A stretch of DNA of 64,000 nucleotides from Nemertoderma westbladi (lineage: Eukaryota > Animalia > Xenacoelomorpha), in the NCBI GenBank assembly GCA_032718475.1, contig JAUCBJ010001447.1, forward strand, positions 118,922-182,921, written 5' to 3'. Under the pieces are notes generated by a model. It was not told the DNA's origin, searched no databases, and saw nothing but the letters and a program-made list of their open reading frames with translations. Made by a program: the position numbers and the translations under genes. Positions 35,479 to 46,300 of the stretch are shown here, piece after piece (within the stretch, counting starts at the first letter, position 1; each line of letters begins with the position of its first letter).

Positions 35479-38400
35479 TCACTGGTATTCGACCTTCCTC
35501 CACTCCCGACGGAGTCGATGGTGGAGTCGTCCTATTATCTTTAATAGAACTGTAGGGGTATTCCCGTAATCAAGTTGTCCAATTGATCTTAAGGTAGTGA
35601 TAGCGTTCTTAATCTCGTCAGCCAGTTTTAGTAAGTCGACGGGTTTAGTGATAGCCCCTCCCTTACAGAGTTCCTCTATTACTGACCTGGCCATACTCAC
35701 TGTACCTCCGTATATCGAAGTCAAACGATCGTACGCTAGTTCGAAAGCGTCCGGTACACCGACGAAGGTCTCCGCCAAACGTTTAGGTTCTCCTGACAAC
35801 GTTTGGAGCAGGTAATTGAACTTCTCCCGTGATGTAAAGGCGCACACGGCGATCTGGGATTCGATATAGTCTACGAAGGTATGCCAGTGTTTTGAGCTAC
35901 CGGAAAACTTCGGTGGTTGTTGTACCGGCAATCCCTGTCTGGCTGCGAATTTCGCTATCTCCTCGGCAACGTTCAGAGTTTCGCGTCCTTGGTTGGTAAC
36001 TTGGTTGATATCCCTTCTTGGCGCTTTTCCCTGATACGATGTGGGGTTTGAAGGTACCGGTCTTTGTGGTTCCTTCTGGTGTCTATTGTGTTCGAATTCG
36101 GAATTTCTCGAACTGTCGGTTTGAACTTCCTCCAGACGCTCCTCGATCTGAGCCAACTTATTGACAACTGGTCGCAGAATGTCGGCGAACTGTTGTGTAC
36201 TAATTGCGTCCGTTGGTTGTAACGCCTTCTGTGTTGGTGTATTCTGTGGAGGATTATCTGCAAAAGAGTTGTCTGAACGCTCGCGTTTATATTCATCGGC
36301 CGCCCCCGTTCTAAATACCTCGCGTTTCGGGTAATCCGATTCGCTCGAAGTACTACTATCATCTGGATATGGTGGTCGACGTGCTCGCGTCCGTTGCGTC
36401 GTACTAATTCTAACGGTTCGTTTCGGAACATCGTCTCGCTTCCGTTGTTCGGTAGGCTCACAAGTCTTCCTCGAAGTCGTAGATTGCGATGTAAATTGGT
36501 TGAACGGTCGCGTCTCTGTTCTCCGTTGTTCGGTAGGCTCACAAGTCTTCCTCGAAGTCGTAGATTGCGATGTAAATTGGTTGAACGGTCGCGTCTCTGT
36601 TCTCCGTTGTTCGGTAGGCTCACAAGTCTTCCTCGAAGTCGTAGATTGCGATGTAAATTGGTTGAACGGTGGGCGAATGACAGCATTTGAATCCAAAGGC
36701 CTTGTTGGTCGAAACGTCATTGGGTAAGCGTAGTGTGTAACGGGTTTAGGTGTCGACGGTGGACTCACCTGTTTTGTCGTCAGTAGCGCAGGTCCGGTCA
36801 ATAAACTACTACGATCCGTAATCGGTGGGTTACTTACCTTGACTTTCGGAATGGGCGACGACGTTGCTCTTGAAGGTATAAACTTGTCCGGAATAACAAA
36901 CCTGTGTTCCGTCACACCATGGATAGGAGAAATATCACTACTACCCGCAATCGAAACAGGTTCCTTTGTCGTAACCGGTGCAAACATATGAGTTACCTGT
37001 GGGAATCGTTGACACACGTCCTTTACTAATTGTCGTTCCCGTCCGGGTGCTCCTACGCTTCCTTCCTTCTTCCGTTCCTGAATTTGGCGATGTCTTACCT
37101 CTAACTGGTCCAAATCATGTCCGTCACGAGATCTCATCGATCGATCGCGGGCCCTTTGATCCAGATCTTCCTCAGCGTTCGCTAATTCTCTCGCCTTCTT
37201 CTCAAGTTCGAAATGAAGTTTAGCTGTCTTCTCTCGTTGTTCCGTTTGTCGTTGTTGCGCCTCAAATTCTGCTTGTCGTATAGCGGATTGAGCCTTTATT
37301 TGCCGTGTTTTCATTTCGGCCCGTGCTTCCGAAACTAACCTGTCTCGTTCTAATTCCGCCGCTGCCGCTGCCGCTTGTCGCTCTGACTCTGCCGCTGCCG
37401 CTGCCGCTTGTCGCTCTGACTCTGCCGCTGCCGCTGCCGCTTGTCGCTCTGACTCTGCCGCTGCCGCTGCCGCTTGTCGGGCAATGTCTAACTCTAACCT
37501 TTCTACTTCAGCTGCTTCTAATTCAGCTTGTTCCTGTAGATGAGAGATTCTTGCTATATTCGCAACGCGTAGCTTCTCTTCCTCTACTGCTGCTTGCATC
37601 ACTAGAAGTTGAGCTTGTTCTTCCATTTCTTGTCGTTGTCGGTGGAATTCTTGCTGTTGTCGAGCAACTTCTGACGTGACTATACTTCTCTCGCAGATTT
37701 CGCTACGAATACTTACCAACGATTGGTCCAGTATTCCCGGTGCCGATTCAATTCGTACGGGTGAAGTTTCTTTCGTATATTCCGGCACGGTTTCCAAATC
37801 GCCGACGTCTTCGCCGCACATACGTAAGTGGTCCGTCAGATGTTTCAATTGTCCATCCAGTCGGTACAGTTCCTGTTCTTCCTCGGGTTGCAATAATTCG
37901 TCCGAAACTGACTCACCTAACAACTGGTCCGCTTGTTCCTGTTGTATCTGTCTAATCGTCGACTTAAACTGAATCAGTTTCTCTCTAGTGATCATTAGTT
38001 TCTCGAGGATTCTAAGTTGAGTATCCATGTCCTGTCTCTGTCTAGCTAGATCTTGTAGGCCAACTAGATTATCTACGGACTTATATACTTTACTCTGTAC
38101 TCTAACCTGGAGGGTGTAGAACTCGAATCGAGACATCGGAGCGGTCAACCCGTCTAATATGCGTTGGCCTTCTCCAATACTCCTGGTAATATGCGCCATG
38201 TATCCACCGACGCTTCTAACCACACTTTCTGTGCTTCCTGCTGAACTTACCATTTCCGTTTCCCTATATCTAGGTTGCGGAACAGTTAGAAAGTTCTCGG
38301 TCCTGCCGTCGCCTCGTACTACGGCATCCGGTACTCCCGTTGGATGTACTGGTGACGCACACGGTGTAGGTTCGGTAGGCTCGCGAGTCTTCCCCTGTTG

Positions 38401-38481
38401 TTCTTCCGCTGCTGACTTATCTCCGTCACACGAGTCATAGTCGGTTTGTGTGTTCTTCGTATAGTCTTGTTTGTCACTCAT
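35479..38481 (-). CDS. gag: Element C gag N-terminal 1000 aa, separated from the rest by one in-frame TGA
   Basis: PPKFSGSSKHWHTF..EKFNYLLQTLSGEP capsid-like region; 81-bp triplication at about 36440..36670; RQAAAAAAESE repeats. Confidence 0.9.
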   Translation of the reverse strand: MSDKQDYTKNTQTDYDSCDGDKSAAEEQQGKTREPTEPTPCASPVHPTGVPDAVVRGDGRTENFLTVPQPRYRETEMVSSAGSTESVVRSVGGYMAHITRSIGEGQRILDGLTAPMSRFEFYTLQVRVQSKVYKSVDNLVGLQDLARQRQDMDTQLRILEKLMITREKLIQFKSTIRQIQQEQADQLLGESVSDELLQPEEEQELYRLDGQLKHLTDHLRMCGEDVGDLETVPEYTKETSPVRIESAPGILDQSLVSIRSEICERSIVTSEVARQQQEFHRQRQEMEEQAQLLVMQAAVEEEKLRVANIARISHLQEQAELEAAEVERLELDIARQAAAAAAESERQAAAAAAESERQAAAAAAESERQAAAAAAELERDRLVSEARAEMKTRQIKAQSAIRQAEFEAQQRQTEQREKTAKLHFELEKKARELANAEEDLDQRARDRSMRSRDGHDLDQLEVRHRQIQERKKEGSVGAPGRERQLVKDVCQRFPQVTHMFAPVTTKEPVSIAGSSDISPIHGVTEHRFVIPDKFIPSRATSSPIPKVKVSNPPITDRSSLLTGPALLTTKQVSPPSTPKPVTHYAYPMTFRPTRPLDSNAVIRPPFNQFTSQSTTSRKTCEPTEQRRTETRPFNQFTSQSTTSRKTCEPTEQRRTETRPFNQFTSQSTTSRKTCEPTEQRKRDDVPKRTVRISTTQRTRARRPPYPDDSSTSSESDYPKREVFRTGAADEYKRERSDNSFADNPPQNTPTQKALQPTDAISTQQFADILRPVVNKLAQIEERLEEVQTDSSRNSEFEHNRHQKEPQRPVPSNPTSYQGKAPRRDINQVTNQGRETLNVAEEIAKFAARQGLPVQQPPKFSGSSKHWHTFVDYIESQIAVCAFTSREKFNYLLQTLSGEPKRLAETFVGVPDAFELAYDRLTSIYGGTVSMARSVIEELCKGGAITKPVDLLKLADEIKNAITTLRSIGQLDYGNTPTVLLKIIGRLHHRLRREWRKVEYQ

Positions 38482-39278
38482 TTCGGTAGTTGTAAGTCAA
38501 GTAAAGTGAGTGTCAAAGTATCGAGTTTTACCGTATTTATACAAAACGGTACTAATTACAGTCTTATAAAATTAACCTACCGGCCGATTTTATAGCAGAT
38601 GGATAAAATTAGCCTAAACGGCCAATTTTACAGCAAATAAATGTCACGGAATAAGTATATAATAAAATTAGCCTAGCGGCCAATTTTACAACAAATAAAT
38701 CGGATAACGATATGCGTTATCAAAAGGTAAATTAAATACAATAATACGGACTAATTCAGCAATGAACAAAGAAATCGTACGGAATGCATAAATACTTGAG
38801 ACAGTGGAACCCACAATAATTTTAACTAATACGGTAATGCCTAACTTATTTATGCAACTTTTCGAACTCACCCACTCCAATAATTCTCCAGAAAAACAGA
38901 TTCCCAGATACAAACCGAACGTGAACCTTTCCGTTTTTAACGTTGCGGACGAAACGCGATTTTCCCAACCAAAGTTGTTGAGTTATCTATCTCCCAAACT
39001 TGCTAAACACGGTCTTGCTCCCGTTACAGTCTAGAAATGAGTTCTGAATCCTGAAAAACAAAAGAGTTAGGTTTTACTTTACGAAAATTTTGTACCGGTA
39101 CAATATGGTATTTAAACCCTTTTAAACACCGGTATTCAATTCCAAAAATATTTTACACGCGGTTCAAATCAAATTTTATTTCAAAAAATTAGCACTTAGC
39201 TAATCAAATATAAATTTTTACCTCAAAATACAAAATTTTCAAATAACTTTAGTCCTACCGAACCGTAGTTCAGTAAAA

Positions 39279-39289
39279 CACATTCCTAC
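39279..39289 (-). promoter_or_regulatory. Primer-binding position of C (GTAGGAATGTG), self-complementary type
   Basis: Exact complement in the LTR at 40341..40351 (and 25689..25699). Confidence 0.8.
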
Positions 39290-41167
39290 TAATTGAAGAG
39301 ATACGCCTATTCCTACTATCGGAAGAGACGGTAACAATACCTGCAATATCCTACTGTAAAGTTTGTAAATCAAATCATAAATCCGACCTCTTCACCAAAA
39401 CAGTAAACCCTAAGTAAGCGAATATATTGCAGTATCGATCTCTTATAACCGGTGAGGCAGAAAACAGTCTACGAGCAGACAAACTTCGGTAAAACAAATC
39501 CCGCGCAGCAAATCCTAAAATCAGGCTGACTCACTGACGGACTAAGGGGCTCGTATACTTTGCCGCGGTGTGATTTATATGGTTGGGCAAAGGGACGCTA
39601 GCTAGGTATAGAGCAGATTTGGAGATGTCTAACTAGCGGGCAAAGCACAGTACGGACAAAGTTAATTTTATATATTTCGAGGTGTAAATAATTTCTAACG
39701 CGCGTGTGTTAATTCTGAACGGTCAAAACAGTTTTGCTCCTTCACATATATAATTACTGGGTACGGTGTGCATTTTACGAATATTCTAATTTTGTAACTT
39801 GTAGGTCCAATACTCACGAATGGTAAGGTTCCTTCCCCTCTTGCGTATTTCCAGGACTCAAATTCAGGCATAAGGTTAATACTACGCCCAGAATTCGGCA
39901 ATTTTAGGTACCAGGTCCCTGATACTAAGAAGAGATGTGTTAGTTTACTACTGTAGGCGTACAGGTACTAATAGCTATCCTGGCTCCTATCTAGAATTTT
40001 AGTCACCCAGGTAGTCCGGGTAACTTCCTATTAGGGCGTTGGCGGGGACACGGTAGATGTTAGTATATCCCTGATAGCCTCAATTTATTTGCGCCTAGCG
40101 TAAACTGCCCTACCGCCTGAACGGTACAATCCCAATTCAGGTGAAAACACAGCAACCCCCCTAGCCTACAAGTTCTGATGTAATGGACACTGTCGTACTG
40201 CAAATAGTCGCACACACACCTGTACTTAGCAAGAGTTAAGCGTACAGTTTGCTGCACCCTAACCAATGTGTATGCCTTGTACCGGTGTGCCTACGTCCTA
40301 TCTGCGTACTAGTATCTGCTCTCTCTCCCTCCCCCCCCCCGTAGGAATGTGAAGGTCTACTGTGGGTTTTCCTGAATCAAGACAGTACAGTCCCTATGAT
40401 GTAATTTTAGGCTTGCAGCGTGTCACTACGTCTACCTTTTGATCTTTTGGTCTTATACTTAGGTAGCAAGGATCGAACGCTGTCTAACCTTTCAGGCGAT
40501 GGGCGAATAACTTTAAATGGTATTGCGGGTTGTCTCTCGTCTACATCCCGGCCATCCTGTCCCTGAGTTTGTTCACCGTAGTGAATTCATAGTAAAACAG
40601 AAAAGCTGAGAGAATATTCTGACTTTATTACAGAAGACACAATTATAATACAATGTAATCTGAGAATAAACTAAGCACGACAGAATATTGATAAGATAAT
40701 CTGTGAAAGATTGAGATATAAGATGTGATAACTAATGAACAAATCGCACCTTTATATACTAAATTTGTGCCGCAATCAATCGAGAAAATTCTCGATTGTT
40801 CTATAGGTTCTAACAGGGTTTTAAAGATAGCTATTGGTCCAGCTAATATATAACTTGCACGACATTGGTTACAATCAAATAACTACAGCCTTATTGGTAC
40901 AGACAAATGCAATTAATTTGTAGCGGTTAATTTAAATGAGTTGAAATTCTGCACAAAAAATAATTCGCACTTACTAGGATTCGAACTCGATACCTACTAC
41001 ACATATAATTTCCAACGCTCTACCAACTGAGCTACTGAACCACTTGACCGATGGGTGCACAATAGATAGAACCAATGCTAATGAGAACTCAAAGCAATCT
41101 TTACAAAGTTAATTCGAATAAAATAAAATTTTGAAAATCCACGGCATTTAGGGAATATAATTCTATA
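39290..41167 (-). repeat. 5' LTR of element C (1878 bp, TA...TA)
   Basis: Direct repeat of 24639..26555; TATATAAA box at about 40751..40758. Confidence 0.95.
40955..41042 (-). ncRNA. tRNA-derived Pol III unit in the 5' LTR of C
   Basis: Same A box, B box and T6 as 26343..26430. Confidence 0.6.
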
Positions 41168-43361
41168 ATTGTTCTGGTAAGAACAATAACAGATATAGCT
41201 TCTGTATTGCAGTAGGCAATAACGCTGAAGTACCGGACAACCGGTACCTAGTAGGCCTGACTACCTAACCACCCGGACCGGTACCTACAGCAGTACAGGT
41301 ACAGCAGTATTATTCGATTGTGAAATTGTATACCAGTAGGCTGTTTAAGAGATTAGGGACTGTACACCCCTTGTTTCTTTTGGAGCTTACTTATTTCTGT
41401 CAGTTTTATTTACTTGTAGGTTAATATTGAGCAGAAGACGTGTAAGCCTTCCCAGATTGTACAGATAATTTGTAGGCTGGACTGTTGTCTGACTGTTGTT
41501 AAGTTTGAAGGGACTGTAGTGTGTGTAGAGCGTATGTCCGAAAAAGTACTAGTTAGGAAAGTAGGGGCTTCCAGTGCTGTGAGGTAAACCCCCTCGAAAG
41601 AATAAGTCGTACTACTCGGTTAGAACGCATACTAACTAACCATTTCGGAGTCTGCATATACTGTAGTTTATTTAGGCTTGATAGTAGTCTGCCAGCGTTT
41701 GGTCTGTACTTTGTTTGTGTAGTCTGTACGGGTAGCGTAATATTTCTTATTTAGATAATTGTAGGCTGGATTTTGCCTGGCTGTTATTAGGTCTGAAGAG
41801 ATTTCGGTGTGTGTAGAGTGTATGTCCGATAAAGTGCCAGTTGGGAACGTAGGGGCTTCCAGAGCTGTGAGGTAAACCCCCTCGAAAGAATAAGTCGTAC
41901 TACTTGGTTAGAACGCATACTAACTAACCATTTCGGAGTCTGCATATACCGTAGTTTGTTTAGGCTTGATAGTAGTCTGTCAGTATTTGGTCTGCATTTT
42001 GTTTGAGTAGTCTGTATGCGTAGCGTAATATTTATTATTCAGAGTTTATGCGATTATTTGCAACATTCATATCCCCAAGTTTATTCCTACAGTAATTGTG
42101 CTTGTTATATATACCGTTATAGTTAAACTAACCCCGGTACTACATCAGGGCTGCTTGGCGTAGGTAAAGACTGGTGATTTTGTGCCCCGGTCACTCCAGC
42201 AGATACCGTGGTTCTTTTAGCTGTTCAAGTATTTTTAACTACTGATTATTTATTGTATAAGTACTTGTACCTAATTTAGGGTTTAGTGTACAGTGCTTTC
42301 CGAAGGTGATTAGTGTGTAGGCAGTATATTTGTGTTGTAAAGTGGTTAATAGGCACGTTGGTTCTGGTAGACCGCGGTAATTAACTTCTAGGTAGAAACA
42401 CTCCGTGATACATAACGTAGTACTTATAGCGATACGGCTATAAGTCGTCAGATGGTGGTATTTTTTCTATCTGGACAACGCAATATATTTACTACTGCTT
42501 GTTATTTTCAAATACCGTAGTACCCTGTCCGTTGTAATAACCAGATATTCTAACCCTTTGTTAGGCTGGTTTGTAGACTTCTTGTAAAATTACCCTAAAA
42601 ATTCGTTCTTGTAATTTTTGTGTTTATTTAGAGATTGTAATCTCACCCAGAATTGTACGTAATTTGTAGTATTAAGTAACTTAGGTAAATTAGAATTATT
42701 TGTTTTAGTGTCCAACAAGTAGCACTCCACTGAGAGCGCACAGCTTCTGTGTAGTGACTCCCCCCAGAAATAATAACATTTATTTCAAATATTGACAAAA
42801 CCCATTTTAACGGGTATATATATTATAAATCAACTCAAACGATTTATAAATAGTAGGCCTGCCATACAACAATTAGGTCTAAATATCAGTTGGACTACTG
42901 CTTAAATAATGGTAATCAAGTAAAGCAAAGTAACCAAGTAACCCCTAAAATTTCAGAAATTCGATTATTCTAAAAATACCGGTTATTTACAATAGGCTTA
43001 TTATATTTATTTCTATAAATTTAGGCTGAAATTATACCGGTATTCTGTAATTAATTCTAGTCCATAATTATACTTATATATACTATAAGTGTAAGCTGTA
43101 TACCGGTATTCACGATAGGCCTATTATATATTTATATATATTTGTGCTGGAATTATATACCGGTATTCTGTGACAAATCTAGTCTGTAATAATACTTATA
43201 TATATACTATAAGCACACCGGTATTCTAATATATTATATATATATCACGTTACACTGAGTAACATTATTGGTAATTAATTACTAGGCTAACAGTTGATAC
43301 TGAATTACTAGACTTGCTTTAACTGTAATATAGCAGTAGGCATTCAACTGTACAAACAAAC

Positions 43362-46300
43362 ATGTCTGACACAAAGCAAAACCTGTCAGACAGTCTCCTA
43401 GATACAACCATCTGTGACCCAGACCGGAGTGTGGAACGTGAGAGACCGAAGTTCAATTCACCTCCTACTGTAAGAAAGATCATCCCTTCAGTAGTAGTGT
43501 CAGACCCTAGGCTAGTTAAGGATAGACAATTAAAGCAACGGCAAGTAGAAGCGGAAAGAAAAGCGGCAGCTGCAGCAATAGAAGCGGAAAGAAAAGTGGC
43601 AGTGGCAGCGGCAGAAGCAGATGGAAAAGCGGCAGAAAGAAAGATAGCAGTGGCAGAAGCAGAACTAAGAGCATCTGAAGAGACCACCCAACTAGAGCTG
43701 GAAAAACTTCAGGCGGAACAAGAATACTTGAAGAAACAAAGGACAGCTATAGTTGCAACTCAGATACGGTTACTGAGTCGATATACTTCCAGAAGACAGG
43801 GATTTGCCTCCTCCGATGAAGGTGATATGAGAGATCCCGAAGGTAGAGGTAATAAATCTCGTTCAAGCGGACGTAGACGGATGCTCAAGCGGACGTTACC
43901 TCCTGAGGTGAGAATGCAACTGGATAGTGTAGACTTAGGTAGTACAGAACCCACAGACCAAATTAAAATAGAAAGACTCCCTACTATAGTAGATGAGCCT
44001 GAAATAATTAGGCCTGTTCTGGAAATCACCCCTTTGGTGATAGAGACACCTGTACTCCCTGAACCTACCTCTAAATTCCCTCTGCACAGCACTAAGCTAC
44101 CTGTGCCCCACAGAACCGCCCCAGAAAATGTTCATGTCCTGGACTCCGAGCGAAATATTAATGATTTGTCGCCCGTTGTCCCTCGTCCGCCCGCTACAAC
44201 GTTGGCGCCTCCCGCTTCGGCGGTCGAGTGGGTAGATGAGGGACGACGGGAGATGGGTCTCCTGCTCGGGCAGCTGAGGGAACACCGTTCTTGCTCCTCT
44301 CAGCAGGTCCAGGAGATGGGGGAGACTGTGCAGCAGTTAAAGGGAACAATTAGAGAGGGTAGGTTAGAGTTGCAAGAAGTGCAGCAAAGTATTGCGTTAG
44401 AACGCGACAAACTAGTAAATCTCCAAAAGGGTATACCACCACCCCCTGTAACAATGTGTCAACCTGTTAGGTCTGAAGTATTTCATGCGCAAGGTGTGGA
44501 GCCTACACGCATCTATACTGCTAGTGAAGTAGAAACTCCTATAGTGAACCCTATTAAGGGTAATTATAAACTTGTTGACAATGATATTCCATCTAGACTT
44601 GATAATAATCCGAGAAATTTATATACCGATAACTCAATATTAAATAACACGATGGCCCAAGAAAGTTTTACGCGTCAAATGGCTAGAACCGAAGCCCGTG
44701 AAGCGGTAAAGGTGGGAGAGATCATCAAGTTCAATGGAGATGAGATGAAATGGTTACCTTTTAATGAATATTACAAAGATAACATACAGAACTCTGTGCT
44801 ATCTAACGGAGAAAAACTTAGATTCCTCATCGAGTGCTTGGAAGGATCTCCCAAGTTAATGGCGTTAAAGTTTATTGGACATCCAGATGGATTAAGACAA
44901 GTTTGGGATACCCTAAACATCAGGTATGGTAATAGGAATAACATAGCTAAATATTTGTATGCAAAATTAGTAGCGCCCCGAAAGTTCATTAGCAGCGGGA
45001 TAATAGAGTTTTCCGACGAGATTCAGGAGATCTGTAGACAACTAGATTGGTTAGGTAAGTCTCATGAATACCAGAATTCTATGGTTGTAGGAGCCTTAGC
45101 ATCTACTTTGCCCAAGGGTGGAGTAGGTACACGCTGGGACAAGAAAGTGTTATATATGATGGAACAACAACGACGAGACCCTACCATGGCTGATCTCATG
45201 TCATTCTTAGATGGAGAAGTGAAATTACAGCTCCTAAGGCAGTCCAGAGAGAAGACACCGGAAAACAAGGTAAGTGAGAAACCCGTTTCTAGGAGAAAAG
45301 TAACACCAGTGTGTTATACAGACGACGGCAAAAGCCAGGCTTCTCAAGAAGAAGACAGCGGGAAAGACACTGAAAGATCTTATTATGTCAATAAAACGCA
45401 TAAAGACGTAAGTAAATTCAAGTCTCGAACCAATTACAGGAGAGAACAGGTAAGAAAAACTCCTCCTACGTCTCCTAAGAGAATTCATGTAAGAAAGCCC
45501 GAGGAAAGAACGAGTGTGCACAACGTTACCCAAAGTAAGGTAAGTAACATCAAACCAAAATGTGTGCTGTGTGACGGGCCCCACCGTTTAAATGCGTGTA
45601 ATGAATTCCTAAAGAAATCATTAAAGGATAGACGTGAAGTCATGTGGGATAAGCGGTTGTGTTATAATTGTCTCAGACGAGGACACCAACGGCGAACCTG
45701 TTACTCCGACGCAAGGTGTGCGAAGTGCGGCGCGAAACATCATATTTTGTTGCACACGGAATTCGAAAGAAACAGCCTGAGTCAGGTAAGTGAGTCCGAA
45801 CTACATGTCCAATTCAGTGATGTGAACGACACTGACCAAAGTTCTGAGATGGAAGGATTCTATACGGACGAATTCTCTGACCAAAGTTTTGAAATGGAAG
45901 GATTCTATACGGACGAATTCTCAGACGAAAACGAATCCTGTTACTTAATAAATACCGCAGTGTATCGAGCACTTACGTATGAGAAGGAAACCGACAGTGA
46001 GCTCCCCCTAACTACTTCTGATCGACAACCATCTTGGAAAGCGCCAACTTCCAATGTAGGAATCCGAGCATTTCCTGTAGTACAGTTAAGGGTCCACGGA
46101 CCTAAAAGGAGTTATATAGTGAACGCCCTCCTTGACTCCGGTAGCACAGGAACATTCATCGACAAAGAACTAGCCGAAGACATCTTTGCTGGACAACCCA
46201 AGTTCCGAACTAAGCTAAACATGTCAGGAATTATGCAGGTTTGGAAATCTACCGTAATAGCGGATTATTATGTAGGCGCGTTGTCCACCCCCCAGGATGA

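Larger units (their letters stand above)
24639..41167 (-). mobile_element. Nearly intact BEL/Pao element C with 1.9-kb LTRs, nested in B
   Basis: LTRs 24639..26555 and 39290..41167, TSD ATTGT (24634..24638 / 41168..41172), PPT GGAGCGG, full gag-pol. Confidence 0.95.
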
